Assembly: GCA_040954595.2 (NCBI GenBank)
Contig: CM082587.2
Location: forward strand, 12,277,753-12,341,752
DNA: 64,000 nt
DNA from: Balanoglossus misakiensis
Taxonomy: Eukaryota; Animalia; Hemichordata
Reading direction: 5' to 3'
In this document: positions 1 to 12,331 of the stretch, one piece after another
How positions within the stretch are numbered: position 1 is the stretch's first letter
Layout: every line of letters starts with the position of its first letter
Notes under the pieces: generated by a model
Database searches by the model: none
What the model was told of the DNA's origin: nothing
What the model saw: the letters and a program-made list of their open reading frames with translations, nothing else
Translations under genes and position numbers: made by a program

Positions 1-492
1 ACTTGCGAGGGAGCCAGCCATGTCAACTGTCTGTGTACGTTAGCGTGCGCACGGTGGCGTCTGCTACTGGTGCGTAGTTGGTGACGTCACACTGCATATC
101 GAGATCGACGCTACGCTGCTGTGCGATAAGTGAAAGTGAATAAAAACGACGCAAATCACTCATGTTTTTCACAAAGATTTTATTAGAATCTCTCTACAAG
201 GAAGGTGTCGGTTCACTTTAAGTAAAAGAGACGTCCTTAATTATCCTTACTATTTGGCTTGAAAAATCAATCTTACTAGGTGTTCTGATTAGAGAGGTGT
301 CCATAAAGACAGGTTTTACTGTATTACCCAAAATAGAGACATTGTCCCTTCATCATATACTTAATGCGTGTTCTGGGTATGGTTCCAGTATAATGCTTGT
401 GTCAAAGGATTTTGTTGTGGTGCAGGAATCATCTTTGGTTGAGGTGTAGCCATCTGCATTTCATGTTTTTTAAACTATTTTTGTTCTGATAG

Positions 493-615
493 TCATTAAC
501 CCATGTGATCAGAATCCGTGTCAAAATGGAGGCTATTGTTCCCAAACACCAAATTCTTATACTGACTACACCTGTTACTGCCAGTAGTGTTGGACTGGGG
601 CCATCTGTGCCGTAG
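493..615 (+). pseudogene. EGF-like exon E1 (8-Cys type), in-frame stop
   Basis: AG/GT-bounded 123-bp phase-1 exon reading INPCDQNPCQNGGYCSQTPNSYTDYTCYCQ*CWTGAICAV. Confidence 0.85.
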
Positions 616-1008
616 GTGTGTCGAATTACTGTTTTATGACACAGCGTGGTATATAAACCCTCATTTTTGGTATTCTCAATGTGATAGATTGACCCATACA
701 CCAATAAATGGGGTGGAAGCATTACTAAGTTTCATCCTTTCAAAATTTGCTGATGTAGGGTCAAAATTGAGTGTGAGGTGCACGTTAAAAAGGAAAGCCT
801 TCTGTATCATGTTGACGGCACATTTTTTAATTTTTCAAGATTCTTACAGAAAAATCCTAGCAATAGCATCATTATGTTATTTTAAATGTACAGGTTTGAA
901 ACAAGGAATGAAGACATTGCTCACATATTTAAACGAAATGAACATCACAAGTACATGTACAAGTTTTTGACAAGCAGGTAATTGATACTTTCATTTTTGT
1001 TTTGGCAG

Positions 1009-1128
1009 CCATTGATCAGTTATACTCTATGCCTTGTCAAAATGGTGGCACATGCGTTGCGCGAGACGGCTGTTTCCTGTTTGACTGTATGTGTACCGAA
1101 TGCTTCACTGGTGCCACATGTACAATGC
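1009..1128 (+). pseudogene. EGF-like exon E2
   Basis: ttttggcag/...c/gtaagt; 120 bp; IDQLYSMPCQNGGTCVARDGCFLFDCMCTECFTGATCTM, with the first Cys lost. Confidence 0.85.
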
Positions 1129-1423
1129 GTAAGTACAAACCAATATTATTTTATTCAATGCAAAACACTTGTTATGTATTATATAATATAAGTACGGTAC
1201 ACATATTAAAGCCCTGGTAACTCAAACTTTGGGCTAGCTTAATGTTATCACTATTTTTGTTTTCGGTTGCAACTGTGGTTTCTTGTCACACTCTAAAGGA
1301 TTTCACAGCATTTGGTTTTTCAAAACAGCCCTTTGGTTGTTGTCATGTATACATGTACATGACTGTGGAGTGTAGTTTGTAGATTCTGTAATTTTGACAA
1401 TATCTTGACTGCACATCCCACAG

Positions 1424-1546
1424 CTGTCAACCAGTGTCAACCCATCCAGTGTCAGAATGGTGGAAACTGTGTGCTGACGCCCAATTGGTGTACTGAATTC
1501 ACATGCTCCTGTACAAGCTGTTACTCCGGCGATTTATGTCAGACAT
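1424..1546 (+). pseudogene. EGF-like exon E3 (5'-damaged copy at 18095-18188)
   Basis: cag/...t/gtgagt; 123 bp; VNQCQPIQCQNGGNCVLTPNWCTEFTCSCTSCYSGDLCQT, all 8 Cys present. Confidence 0.85.
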
Positions 1547-1930
1547 GTGAGTGATTTTAAATTTCAGATGAAGAGGAACATAATAACATAACACATAATC
1601 GGCTTGCAGTTGGTTTCTTCCAACCTGTATCAAACAGTGAATAACGACACAATTTTGGGGAAATTTATTAAGAATGTGTGTGCCATAAAAGGGGATTGTG
1701 TATTTGACCAAACAACAACCTGCACCGTATGGTACACTAAGACACTATTACACCTGTGTCAAAATTTCATTACGTTTCTTTTGTTGAACATGGAAGAAAT
1801 TTGTCACAGTGATGTTCTGTTGACCAACTGAGATTTTTACCACTCAACCCTGACTGCACAAATCTGTTTAAAGTATATGTAGTAAATATTAACTGTACAC
1901 AATTTATATCACTTTCTCTTCTGTGCACAG

Positions 1931-2047
1931 ATTTGAATCCGTGTCAGCCCAACCCTTGTCTAAACAGTGGATTCTGCCAGCAAGTGTCCTGCACCGAGTT
2001 CAGATGCCAGAGTTCGCGCTGTTTCATCGGAACCACGTGCGCTGAAC
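1931..2047 (+). pseudogene. EGF-like exon E4 (copy at 18573-18689)
   Basis: Polypyrimidine tract plus cag; 117 bp; LNPCQPNPCLNSGFCQQVSCTEFRCQSSRCFIGTTCAE, one Cys changed to Ser; gtaagc donor. Confidence 0.85.
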
Positions 2048-2495
2048 GTAAGCAAACCAGTGTCAGATTTGCCGCACAAAGTAGAAATCGCTGGGCTTTG
2101 TCATTGATATTGTCTCAATAAAGTTGCCTGTGATTGTGCAGCTAACCAAGAGACTTATATGCACTACCGTAGCCATGATGTATACTTTCATTGACTCAAA
2201 TGCTCATCAGAGTAGATGTTGCTATTTTTCCAACCGTAAATTGAAACATCAGAAAGTTATGACATCAACTACCCCCACCCCCACCCCACCCCACCCCCAA
2301 CTAGTAAATATTATAAGATGCTGTAATTATGATAAAGATGGTAGCACCAAGCTTGGATCAAGTGGTCTTCATTATCCTTCACACATGAACATGATCACAC
2401 GGATGTGCAATCTTCTGACAGTCTGCTACAGATTTCACTTCCCACTCAAGTGTGTAAGACCCTAATGTGATACTTTTCATTTCTCTCACCCTTAG

Positions 2496-2618
2496 CGATC
2501 AACCAGTGTCTTCTAAACCCATGTCTGAATAACGGAGTGTATCAGCCACTTCAAGGCTCCTGCTCAATCTACACCTGCAACTGTCCAACCTGCTACACTG
2601 GGCAAACATGTGTTACAT
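2496..2618 (+). pseudogene. EGF-like exon E5 (copy at 19138-19260)
   Basis: 123 bp; INQCLLNPCLNNGVYQPLQGSCSIYTCNCPTCYTGQTCVT, third Cys changed to Tyr; gtaagt donor. Confidence 0.85.
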
Positions 2619-2630
2619 GTAAGTCGCAAG

Positions 2631-3700
2631 TTTTTAGGTCCCATTGGTATGTACCATGGGACCTTATGGGATTGGTTACGTCTGTATGTATGGATGGATG
2701 GATGGATGGATGTATGTCTGTATGTCCGTCCACATCGAAAACTTGAAAACCGCACCGCGTATGACCTCGATATTTGGCGTGTAGATGCAGGCAGGGCTGT
2801 AGATGGGAGTTTGTTCAAATGAAGATGTCATTGCCAAAAATATGCAAATTAGCTGGGAAAATGTGAAATTGGTCAAAACTTAAAAACTGGACAACCACTG
2901 GTCATATTGATTTGAAAATTGGTATGCATGTACCTTATATCAACCTCATACAATCCTGTATGTTTTGAGCTAATATTATCGATTTCCTATTTTTTTTGCA
3001 TTTTTTTGTATTTTTCCATGTTATTGGTAAAAAGTCTTTGAAATTTAGTATGAAGCCTCCTAATGTTGTCTAAGTAACCATAGTTTTGTTCAAATTGTTG
3101 CAAAATTTGCATATCTATAATTTTGAGCAATATTTGCCATTTTTGGTCAAAAAATGTTTCTCTTTAAAACCTCATGCCAGATTGCTTTCCAATTTGGTAG
3201 GCATGTTCGTAGGGGTAACCTAAATAATATGTTGTAAAAAAAAAGATATTTGCATAAATGTGTTATCGGGGAAACTTTTGCAATTTTTGTCAAAAATTGT
3301 TTTCTCTGAAACCGCTTGTCCTATTGCATTGAACTTAGGCAGCATGTTCCTTGTAGTGATTGAAGTAAGATATTGTACAATTTTGGTGATATTTGCATAT
3401 TTGTGTTTTTGCCACTTTTGAACAAATATTTTCTGTGAAACTGCTTGTTGGATTGCTTTGAAATTAGTTTTTTCTCTGATTGCTTTGAAATTTAGGATAT
3501 AATTTCATAACACATACCTGTATATGTGCAACTTTTATTCAGTTCTGAGATCAGAAAGATTAAATATTTAGCGAGTTTTTTTGGTAAGTTTCTTAGTTTT
3601 TGGTTAGCAAATCTTCTCCTAAACAAATTGTCCAGTTGTTTTTAAAGTTACTATTTACAAGGAGTTGTTACCTCGAACAAAGACATGTTTACATAACTTA
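2631..3700 (+). mobile_element. Helentron/DINE-1-like non-autonomous element (right end approximate; copy from 19273)
   Basis: Begins with TTTTT, then a hairpin AGGTCCCAT-TGGTA-tg-TACCA-TGGGACCT (2636-2664), a (GGAT/GTAT/GTCC) microsatellite, and degenerate AT-rich core repeats. Confidence 0.55.
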
Positions 3701-4557
3701 AATAGGCCAGCTGTTACAGAGACCACCAGCTATCAAATTTTAATTACCAGTGGCAGGTCAGTGTGTGTCTGTTCCAGGGCTGACTGAAAGAAGTTGCTTC
3801 GCATATGTGTTTGTACAGACAATTTTTGGTCATTTTTTTTCTAGCACCACTTGTAAGACTGCCATGACACATGACAGTTTATTGGGCATGTTCCTTGTTA
3901 ATGTTTTTACATTCCATATTTCTATATGGTCAGATCATATCTGCTTGCAAATGTCACCTGTAATTTTTATTCTGGTGTGTCACTGTTTCCGCATAATCCT
4001 CAAATGTCATCAGATCTCCGAATGTGATGAAAACAGTGTGTTTTGAGTGTTTTTTAAATGACCTTTTGGGTTAAAAGTGGCAAAAATGGCAATTTTGTCT
4101 TGAAAGGGGTCAATAAGACTGACTTTTTTGGAATCAGCACCATTTTTTACATTGAATGGACTAGTCTGCTCAAACTTTCCTTACCAACAATTCTGTTTAA
4201 TCTTCTGTAACATGTATACTAGTATACATGTAGCTGCCTGATAGTTTGCCCTGCGTGTGTAATTGCTGAGTGACATAATGCATTCTGTGATTGGTGCAGT
4301 CACGTAACCACCAATAAGATCGCTTGTTATAAGGAGAACTGCACGACCTTTAACCGCATTAGCATACCTGATTTTTAGGGCTCGATATTACCTCTGAGGA
4401 CGCAATATTTAAGTTGAAGTTTTTTTTCTTTTATCATATTAGAGCAAGAAGACTTGTTTTTATGTAAAAGAAATAAACCTTAATATACAGAGTGCATTTT
4501 AAAACGATAGGCAGGTCCGGCCCATAGCCTAATTCTTCATTTTTCTGTCATGCGTAG

Positions 4558-4673
4558 GAATTGATCAGTGCTAACAACCCATGTCAAAATGGCAGCACTT
4601 GCCAACCCTAACCTCGTGTGGGGCATTGACGTGCACCTGCCAAGGATGCTATACTGGGAGCGCTGTGAAAATT
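4558..4673 (+). pseudogene. EGF-like exon E6, frameshifted (copy at 21111-21226)
   Basis: Fragments IDQC / NNPCQNGSTCQP / TSCGALTCTCQGCYTG / RCEN lie in shifting frames between tag/ and /gtcagt. Confidence 0.75.
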
Positions 4674-7600
4674 GTCAGTCAGTTTCTTTTGTCAAATTAA
4701 TCAATATGTGTGGGACTGCTATACATGTATATAAAACAGAATACTGCGATGGAAAATTCTATAACTTAATGTTTCACTGGATATATGACTTAAAGTTAGC
4801 AGGATGCAGTGAATTCAACAGAAAGTGTAATTTCCTCTTGTGTGAGCTCTGTGCGACTGTGCCAATGAAAATCTCACCACAAACAAAAATGACAGGTATA
4901 CACTGTATATTAGCAGCTTTGTCTCTGTAATAGCCATAGTGTTTTGAAGTTGAAAACTTGCAAAGTGTGCAGTTTTATTCACACTACAAAGGAAACATTG
5001 TTGAAACGGATTATCTGTGTACATTGTCAAACTGTACACTTGTCGCGAGATTTATTCTCAATTATATTATATCATGCTACCGTCCGCAATTCTGATTGGA
5101 CGAGAGCTAAATCCAGCGATGCTAAAATACTCAATAATGCACTGCTGACAGTGGTAAAACGGGCTTTCTGTTTGCCACATGGGTTTGTTCTTTAGGTTGT
5201 TGTATGTGTTTACACTCATCATGTTTATTGTAGAACCAGGGTCGATCAGTGAGGCAACTGCTGTTTGTTCTATCTGCACTGTAACTTGAGGCCTCCTGCC
5301 ATTTGATTGTTGTACAGTGAAGCAGTATTCATCTCCCGAGCTGTCTTCCACTTTATGCACAGCTTTGACAGTTTCATCCTTGTCTACCCTATTTGCCTTG
5401 CCTTTTGATCGGTAGCATTTGGCAAAATAGTTAGGTTTGCCACACTTCCTGCATGACTTGCCTTTAGCTGGACATACTGAGTCATGTGGATAGGTGCCAC
5501 CACAATAATAACAAGTGGACGGTCCTTTCGCTGGCTGCTGATGAGCTCTCTTTTGTTTATTTGGTTTCGGGCGTTGGTGGCGCTGTTTTCTGACCGCATT
5601 CACAGATGCCGTATCTGCACCATAATTTTGGGTTTTCTCCTCAATCCCACTAGCCTGAACCTCTGATACCTCAAATGAACAGGCTGTACTCAGTAGATTC
5701 TCTAGTGTCGTCTCCTCCCGAAGAGCACGACGTCTGAGACGGGCTGATGTGAATCCTCGTATGATTTGTGATTTGACCTCTTGATCCTTATTGGTGAAGT
5801 CACATATGTTTCTGCTAGGCGTTGCAAACAAGTGTGATAGGCATCAATCGATTCGCCGTTGTTTTGTATGGTGTCTCTGAAGATAAATCGTTCGTATTCG
5901 CTGTGAAAATTGTCAGTCGGTTTCTTTTGTCAAATTAATCAATATGTGTGGGACTGCTATACATGTATATAAAACAGAATACTGCGATGGAAAATTCTAT
6001 AACTTAATGTTTCACTGGATATATGACTTAAAGTTAGCAGGATGCAGTGAATTCAACAGAAAGTGTAATTTCCTCTTGTGTGAGCTCTGTGCGACTGTGC
6101 CAATGAAAATCTCACCACAAACAAAAATGACAGGTATACACTGTATATTAGCAGCTTTGTCTCTGTAATAGCCATAGTGTTTTGAAGTTGAAAACTTGCA
6201 AAGTGTGCAGTTTTATTCACACTACAAAGGAAACATTGTTGAAACGGATTATCTGTGTACATTGTCAAACTGTACACTTGTCGCGAGATTTATTCTCAAT
6301 TATATTATATCATGCTACCGTCCGCAATTCTGATTGGACGAGAGCTAAATCCAGCGATGCTAAAATACTCAATAATGCACTGCTGACAGTGGTAAAACGG
6401 GCTTTCTGTTTGCCACATGGGTTTGTTCTTTAGGTTGTTGTATGTGTTTACACTCATCATGTTTATTGTAGAACCAGGGTCGATCAGTGAGGCAACTGCT
6501 GTTTGTTCTATCTGCACTGTTACTTGAGGCCTCCTGCCATTTGATTGTTGTACAGTGAAGCAGTATTCATCTCCCGAGCTGTCTTCCACTTTATGCACAG
6601 CTTTGACAGTTTCATCCTTGTCTACCCTATTTGCCTTGCCTTTTGATCGGTAGCATTTGGCAAAATAGTTAGGTTTGCCACACTTCCTGCATGACTTGCC
6701 TTTAGCTGGACATACTGAGTCATGTGGATAGGTGCCACCACAATAATAACAAGTGGACGGTCCTTTCGCTGGCTGCTGATGAGCTCTCTTTTGTTTATTT
6801 GGTTTCGGGCGTTGGTGGCGCTGTTTTCTGACCGCATTCACAGATGCCGTATCTGCACCATAATTTTGGGTTTTCTCCTCAATCCCACTAGCCTGAACCT
6901 CTGATACCTCAAATGAACAGGCTGTACTCAGTAGATTCTCTAGTGTCGTCTCCTCCCGAAGAGCACGACGTCTGAGACGGGCTGATGTGAATCCTCGTAT
7001 GATTTGTGATTTGACCTCTTGATCCTTATTGGTGAAGTCACATATGTTTCTGCTAGGCGTTGCAAACAAGTGTGATAGGCATCAATCGATTCGCCGTTGT
7101 TTTGTATGGTGTCTCTGAAGATAAATCGTTCGTATTCGCTGTGAAAATTGTCAGTCGGTTTCTTTTGTCAAATTAATCAATATGTGTGGGACTGCTATAC
7201 ATGTATATAAAACAGAATACTGCGATGGAAAATTCTATAACTTAATGTTTCACTGGATATATGACTTAAAGTTAGCAGGATGCAGTGAATTCAACAGAAA
7301 GTGTAATTTCCTCTTGTGTGAGCTCTGTGCGACTGTGCCAATGAAAATCTCACCACAAACAAAAATGACAGGTATACACTGTATATTAGCAGCTTTGTCT
7401 CTGTAATAGCCATAGTGTTTTGAAGTTGAAAACTTGCAAAGTGTGCAGTTTTATTCACACTACAAAGGAAACATTGTTGAAACGGATTATCTGTGTACAT
7501 TGTCAAACTGTACACTTGTCGCGAGATTTATTCTCAATTATATTATATCATGCTACCGTCCGCAATTCTGATTGGACGAGAGCTAAATCCAGCGATGCTA

Positions 7601-8375
7601 AAATACTCAATAATGCACTGCTGACAGTGGTAAAACGGGCTTTCTGTTTGCCACATGGGTTTGTTCTTTAGGTTGTTGTATGTGTTTACACTCATCATGT
7701 TTATTGTAGAACCAGGGTCGATCAGTGAGGCAACTGCTGTTTGTTCTATCTGCACTGTTACTTGAGGCCTCCTGCCATTTGATTGTTGTACAGTGAAGCA
7801 GTATTCATCTCCCGAGCTGTCTTCCACTTTATGCACAGCTTTGACAGTTTCATCCTTGTCTACCCTATTTGCCTTGCCTTTTGATCGGTAGCATTTGGCA
7901 AAATAGTTAGGTTTGCCACACTTCCTGCATGACTTGCCTTTAGCTGGACATACTGAGTCATGTGGATAGGTGCCACCACAATAATAACAAGTGGACGGTC
8001 CTTTCGCTGGCTGCTGATGAGCTCTCTTTTGTTTATTTGGTTTCGGGCGTTGGTGGCGCTGTTTTCTGACCGCATTCACAGATGCCGTATCTGCACCATA
8101 ATTTTGGGTTTTCTCCTCAATCCCACTAGCCTGAACCTCTGATACCTCAAATGAACAGGCTGTACTCAGTAGATTCTCTAGTGTCGTCTCCTCCCGAAGA
8201 GCACGACGTCTGAGACGGGCTGATGTGAATCCTCGTATGATTTGTGATTTGACCTCTTGATCCTTATTGGTGAAGTCACATATGTTTCTGCTAGGCGTTG
8301 CAAACAAGTGTGATAGGCATCAATCGATTCGCCGTTGTTTTGTATGGTGTCTCTGAAGATAAATCGTTCGTATTC
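4661..8375 (+). repeat. Tandem triplication, 3 x 1238 bp
   Basis: Units begin CGCTGTGAAAATTG at 4661, 5899 and 7137. Identical ORFs occur at 5067, 6305 and 7543. Confidence 0.97.
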
Positions 8376-8643
8376 AATGTTCCGTTTGGGTGAGAAGTAT
8401 GACGAAAGCTTTAATTTGGCTGTTTCACAGCTAGTTCCTGTATCTGGTAGAGTATCAAAGAAGTCGGAAACTTCCTCACCTGCCCAGTGCAATAGCAGTG
8501 CACGTTGTCGCTTGTCATCTGTAATGTTGAATGCGACAAATGCGTTTTCTACTCTAGCCATGTACTTTTTCCATCTCGTACTGGTGGTTGTCGGGTCTGA
8601 ATGAACAGGAAAACTCAGCATTGACGGCTAGCTGATTCTCCAT
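7657..8643 (-). mobile_element. Ty3/Gypsy (Mag-like) gag-protease, frameshifted and truncated before RT; partial copies 5181-5899 and 6419-7137
   Basis: Gag N-terminus RWKKY...RALLLHWAGEE...YFSPKRNIEYERFIFR, two zinc knuckles (CYYCGGTYPHDSVC, CRKCGKPNYFAKC) and a protease-like LIDPGSTINMM motif. Confidence 0.88.
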
Positions 8644-8651
8644 GTTCTCCG

Positions 8652-8663
8652 TCCTCGTCGCCA
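8652..8663 (-). promoter_or_regulatory. Primer-binding site TGGCGACGAGGA (tRNA-Ser type; copy at 22729-22740)
   Basis: Lies 2 nt downstream of the LTR and just upstream of the gag ATG. It is complementary to ...TCCTCGTCGCCA, the 3' end of metazoan tRNA-Ser(GCT). Confidence 0.75.
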
Positions 8664-8665
8664 AA

Positions 8666-8836
8666 TATAGAATCGTTGGTGGGCAATAATGACAACACGA
8701 GACACCAAGTCCGGCATGTAAGAGTGAGAGTGCCTAGCCTCGTTCACGCACTTTATTCATAATGACCCGAATGTTGCATTACGTCATTTTACAGAATGTA
8801 TAAAGTATAGATGCTCACTAGTGTTTGGACACTACA
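8666..8836 (-). mobile_element. 5' LTR, 171 bp (copy at 22743-22913)
   Basis: The minus strand reads TGTAG...CTATA (a degenerate TG..CA pair), contains AATAAA and abuts the PBS. Confidence 0.75.
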
Positions 8837-9020
8837 ATATACATGTGACTGCAGTGTCTTTCCAATCATGAATTTGCAAGGTGTCCTTCGGAGAAAATCT
8901 TCTGATTCTCTTTTCTGATTTGCTTTGCATATTTAACTTAATGATCTCATTTGTTGGAATTCCCTGTCTCAAATTTTTGATGATCAGTCTCTGCCCCATT
9001 GCTCATCGTCCCAACTTTCT

Positions 9021-9355
9021 GATGATATATGGATGATAGATGGGATCAAATCTTTGGTCGTGTATTTGCTACAAATGGTAGGTATTGGTTCGTGATTGAG
9101 TCTTTGTGTTGTATATTTGGGGTCGCAGTGGTATGAGTTTGGATTTATGCCAATCTTTAAGTTAAGTGTTATTTGGGTTGCCGTTGAGCATTGATGGCTT
9201 GATAAGTGGGGCTAGGGTCAATTTTGATTGGGTTTGGATTGTTTGGGCTAAGATAGGTTGGGTGATGGCTAGGATTTGTGGTGGGTATAAGGTGTGGTGT
9301 AAGAGATGGAGGCATTATGGGGTCTGGTGAGGTTTTTGTGAAGGAGGCCATGGTG
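9021..9355 (-). repeat. Ectopic fragment of subtelomeric satellite B (copy at 23098-23432)
   Basis: The reverse complement matches about 43095-43425, e.g. ACCTACCATTTGTAGCAAATACACGACCAAAGATTTGATCCCATCTATCATCCATATATCATC. Confidence 0.9.
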
Positions 9356-11335
9356 GCTGCAGAATTCAGGGCATGCTGTAGCGGTTGAATGCATGATGAT
9401 GGTAAACCACAGAGTATTGCATTGCAGTAGTCCAGTTTTGATGTGATTAGAGCATGAACCAGCATCTGGCAAACTTCCTTAGTGAGGTAACGGCGAATGT
9501 GGCTGATTTGACGCAGATGGAAGAAAATTGACTTGCAAATTGCATTAATGTGCTTATTGAAAGTGTAATTGTCGTCGAATGTCACACCTATATTCCGTGC
9601 AGAATTCACAATTTGAACACAACATGATCCAATGCTCATGTGGTTTATGGGACGAGGCGAGCGGTTGAACTGAGACCTTATCAGGTGTACCTCGGGTTTG
9701 CCACCATTTAGTTGAAGTTTATTATGTGTCATCCAGGTTTTTATTTCGTGAACTGCCCTTTCCATCTTGTCTAATGTACTTATGGTGTCTAACTGGAAGA
9801 AATATTGGTATAGTTGGTTGTCATCGGCATATTGGTGAAAATTGATGTTGTGGTGACAAATAAGTTGAGCAAGTGGTTGGATGTAGCTGCAGAACAAAAG
9901 TGGGCCAAGCACTGAACCGTGTGGTACTCCATATTGTAGATATTGAGGTTCTGACATTGTGCCATACAAACTGCTGTCTGTTCTTAAGATATGATGAGAA
10001 CCATTGTAGTGCGATGTTGGTGATGCCCAGTTTTGATAACCTTGAGATGATTGTGTCGTGATCTATGGTATCAAACACAGAGGAGAGATCGAGGAGAACC
10101 ACGAGTACACATTTACCGGCATCCAGTGCCATACAAATATCGTTGTTGACTTTAGTAAGTGCTGTTTCGGTACTGTGATCCTTTCGGTACGCTGACTGCA
10201 GTGGTTCTTGTAGTGAGTTGGTAGTCAAATATGATGTCAGTTGTGGTGCTACAATCTTCCCGATTACTTTTGACAGGAAGGTTAGGTTTGAAACTGGTCG
10301 ATAGTTCTTGAAAATGTTTTTGTCGAGCGAAGGTTTCTTGAGTATATTGGTGTGATGACTGCTATTTTAAGTTATTCAGGAACAGTTCCAGTTTTGAGTG
10401 ACAAATTGATAATTGTGGCCATGATAGTGAGCAGATTACCAAGACATTGCTTATCAAGTGCTGTAGGGATGAGATCAAGTACACGTGTTTTAGATGGAGA
10501 CTGACGGGTTGGTTATAAGCTGATATGGCTGAGGAGAGGTCATTTGGAGGCTAGGACATTTGATGTATTTTGTCGAGATCATGGCTGAAACTATCAATTG
10601 AAATGGCAGATATGACGATAAGATATTTGACGTCTACTGTGTGTTGGTTTCGGAAGAGCAAGTTTTGCATTGACAGGATTGTGATCAGAGAGTTCCAAGC
10701 AGTCTACAGAGACACTCTTGATGTTAGACGCAGAGTTAGATAAGATGAGATCAAGAGTATGACCCTTTCTGTGTGTTGGTTGTTGGACCCATTGTTTCAG
10801 ATTACAGGCGCTGATGATTCCATTGAATTTCTGTGTTACTGGATTCTTATCATCTTCTAGGTGAATATTGAAATCTCCTACGATGAAGAGATTACTTGAG
10901 CAGGTGACATACTTCTCAAGTGTTGTACTGAACTCTTCCATGAACTGTGGTGCGGTGAATTTATTATTAACTGATGGTGGTGGACGGTAGACAAGAATTA
11001 TTTTCATGGAAAGTTTCTGGTGAAGAATAGTTGCTTCCGCTGCCTCAAAAGATTTAACAGAGAGAATAGGCTTCCAAGCTGTTTATTTTAGTGCTAGCTT
11101 ATGAATTTAAGCTAAGCCTCCACCGATCTTGCCAACCCCAGGTAGATGTTTGACAGCATAGCCTGGTGGTGTACATTCAGCCATTACGTGTTCGTCACCA
11201 GATTCCTTCAACCATGTTTCAGTGAGTACAAGAATATCAATTTCTTTATCTGTGATGTAGTCTGCAATGTCTAATGATTTGCATCTAGCTGAGCGGACAT
11301 TCCATGTAGAGAGTAGAAGTTCACACGTATTGTGG
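9355..11335 (-). mobile_element. Decayed L2/CR1-group LINE ORF2 (APE endonuclease plus RT; copy at 23432-25412)
   Basis: APE motifs WNVRS, LTETWL, YRPP, GDFNIH, GHTLDL and SDH. RT motifs [52 protein letters not shown] and SKLDYCN. Frameshifts and a missing linker are present. Confidence 0.92.
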
Positions 11336-11465
11336 AAAGGGTGGATCTTGAATACTGCATAGTCACTCTTCAATAGATATTTAGTGACTCGCTAACTGTT
11401 GCGATTCGTGTGTGTGTAATTTACGTACTTCAAGTTAAATATCGCAACTAGCCGTAATGTTTGAC

Positions 11466-11833
11466 TAGGGGGAGCACCTATACTAATGCGAGTACCAGGG
11501 ATTGAAAGTTGCACCTGTATTTTGATCCCTTAGTTACCCTTATAAGTACATTTGTAGTTTAATAACCATAGTTCTATTGCAAACCATTCTTTCCGTAGTT
11601 TCTTGTTTCAAATATTGTAATCTGAATTTATTTTGATGTTTGACAGGTGTGATTATCTGTATTTGCGGCCATTTTGAAAAAAAATTGGTTGCCATGGAAA
11701 CTCTTCAACAGATATTTAGTGACTCGCTATCTGAATTTGTTCAGTACACATTAACACACATCTGAGCCAAGTTTGGTGCTTTTATCACAAAATACACAAT
11801 CGATATGAAAATTTGGGTTTTGGTGCTCCACTA
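11466..11833. mobile_element. Possible non-autonomous DNA transposon (hATm-like TAG termini)
   Basis: Imperfect inverted ends TAGGGGGAGCACC ... GGTGCTCCACTA. No target-site duplication was found. Confidence 0.3.
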
Positions 11834-11848
11834 CCTAAGTAACATTAA

Positions 11849-12265
11849 GGATGTACGTTCAATAAAATGGAAAGTATTGTCATTTTTTTTAATTGTGGAT
11901 TTTTTTATTCTCTTTTGTATGTATAATGAAAATCCGTAATAAAATATAGGGGTCACCGCGCTTGTTTTTGAAATACAGAGCCATGAAATTGGTCGATAAT
12001 AGAAGAAATCTGCTGACTCAGCATTTTTCACCAATGGTTTGTTTGTCTATGGCCAAAATTCTTAATGCAATTTATCTCAAAAAAGAGCGCGGTGACCCCT
12101 ATATTTTATTTGACCAATGAATTTATATTTGCTGGACTGAGCTATGTGTAAAATTTCGTGAAAATGACAATAGTAGAAGTTTGTTTTCTGGCGATTATCA
12201 ATGTAATCCTATGGGAAAAAGACCGGACACGCAGTGTTTCCGGTTTATGTTCTGCACGTACATCC
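11849..12265. mobile_element. Kolobok-type MITE, 417 bp (copy at 25926-26343)
   Basis: TTAA|GGATGTACGT...ACGTACATCC|TTGA, with an internal inverted repeat AAAATATAGGGGTCACCGCGCT / AGCGCGGTGACCCCTATATTTT. Confidence 0.75.
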
Positions 12266-12331
12266 TTGATGAAGTTTGCTGGCTAGAGGGCTCCTAAACC
12301 TCCTTAATATTTGACGTCTTCACTCCTACAG

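Noticed and set aside
1-160. CpG-rich stretch with a CRE palindrome GTGACGTCAC (81-90)
   Set aside because: Truncated by the window edge. It may be a transposon interior, and no gene can be linked to it.
5060-5180. ATTCTGATTGG-containing segment resembling Crypton-like repeats
   Set aside because: Too short, with no definable termini.
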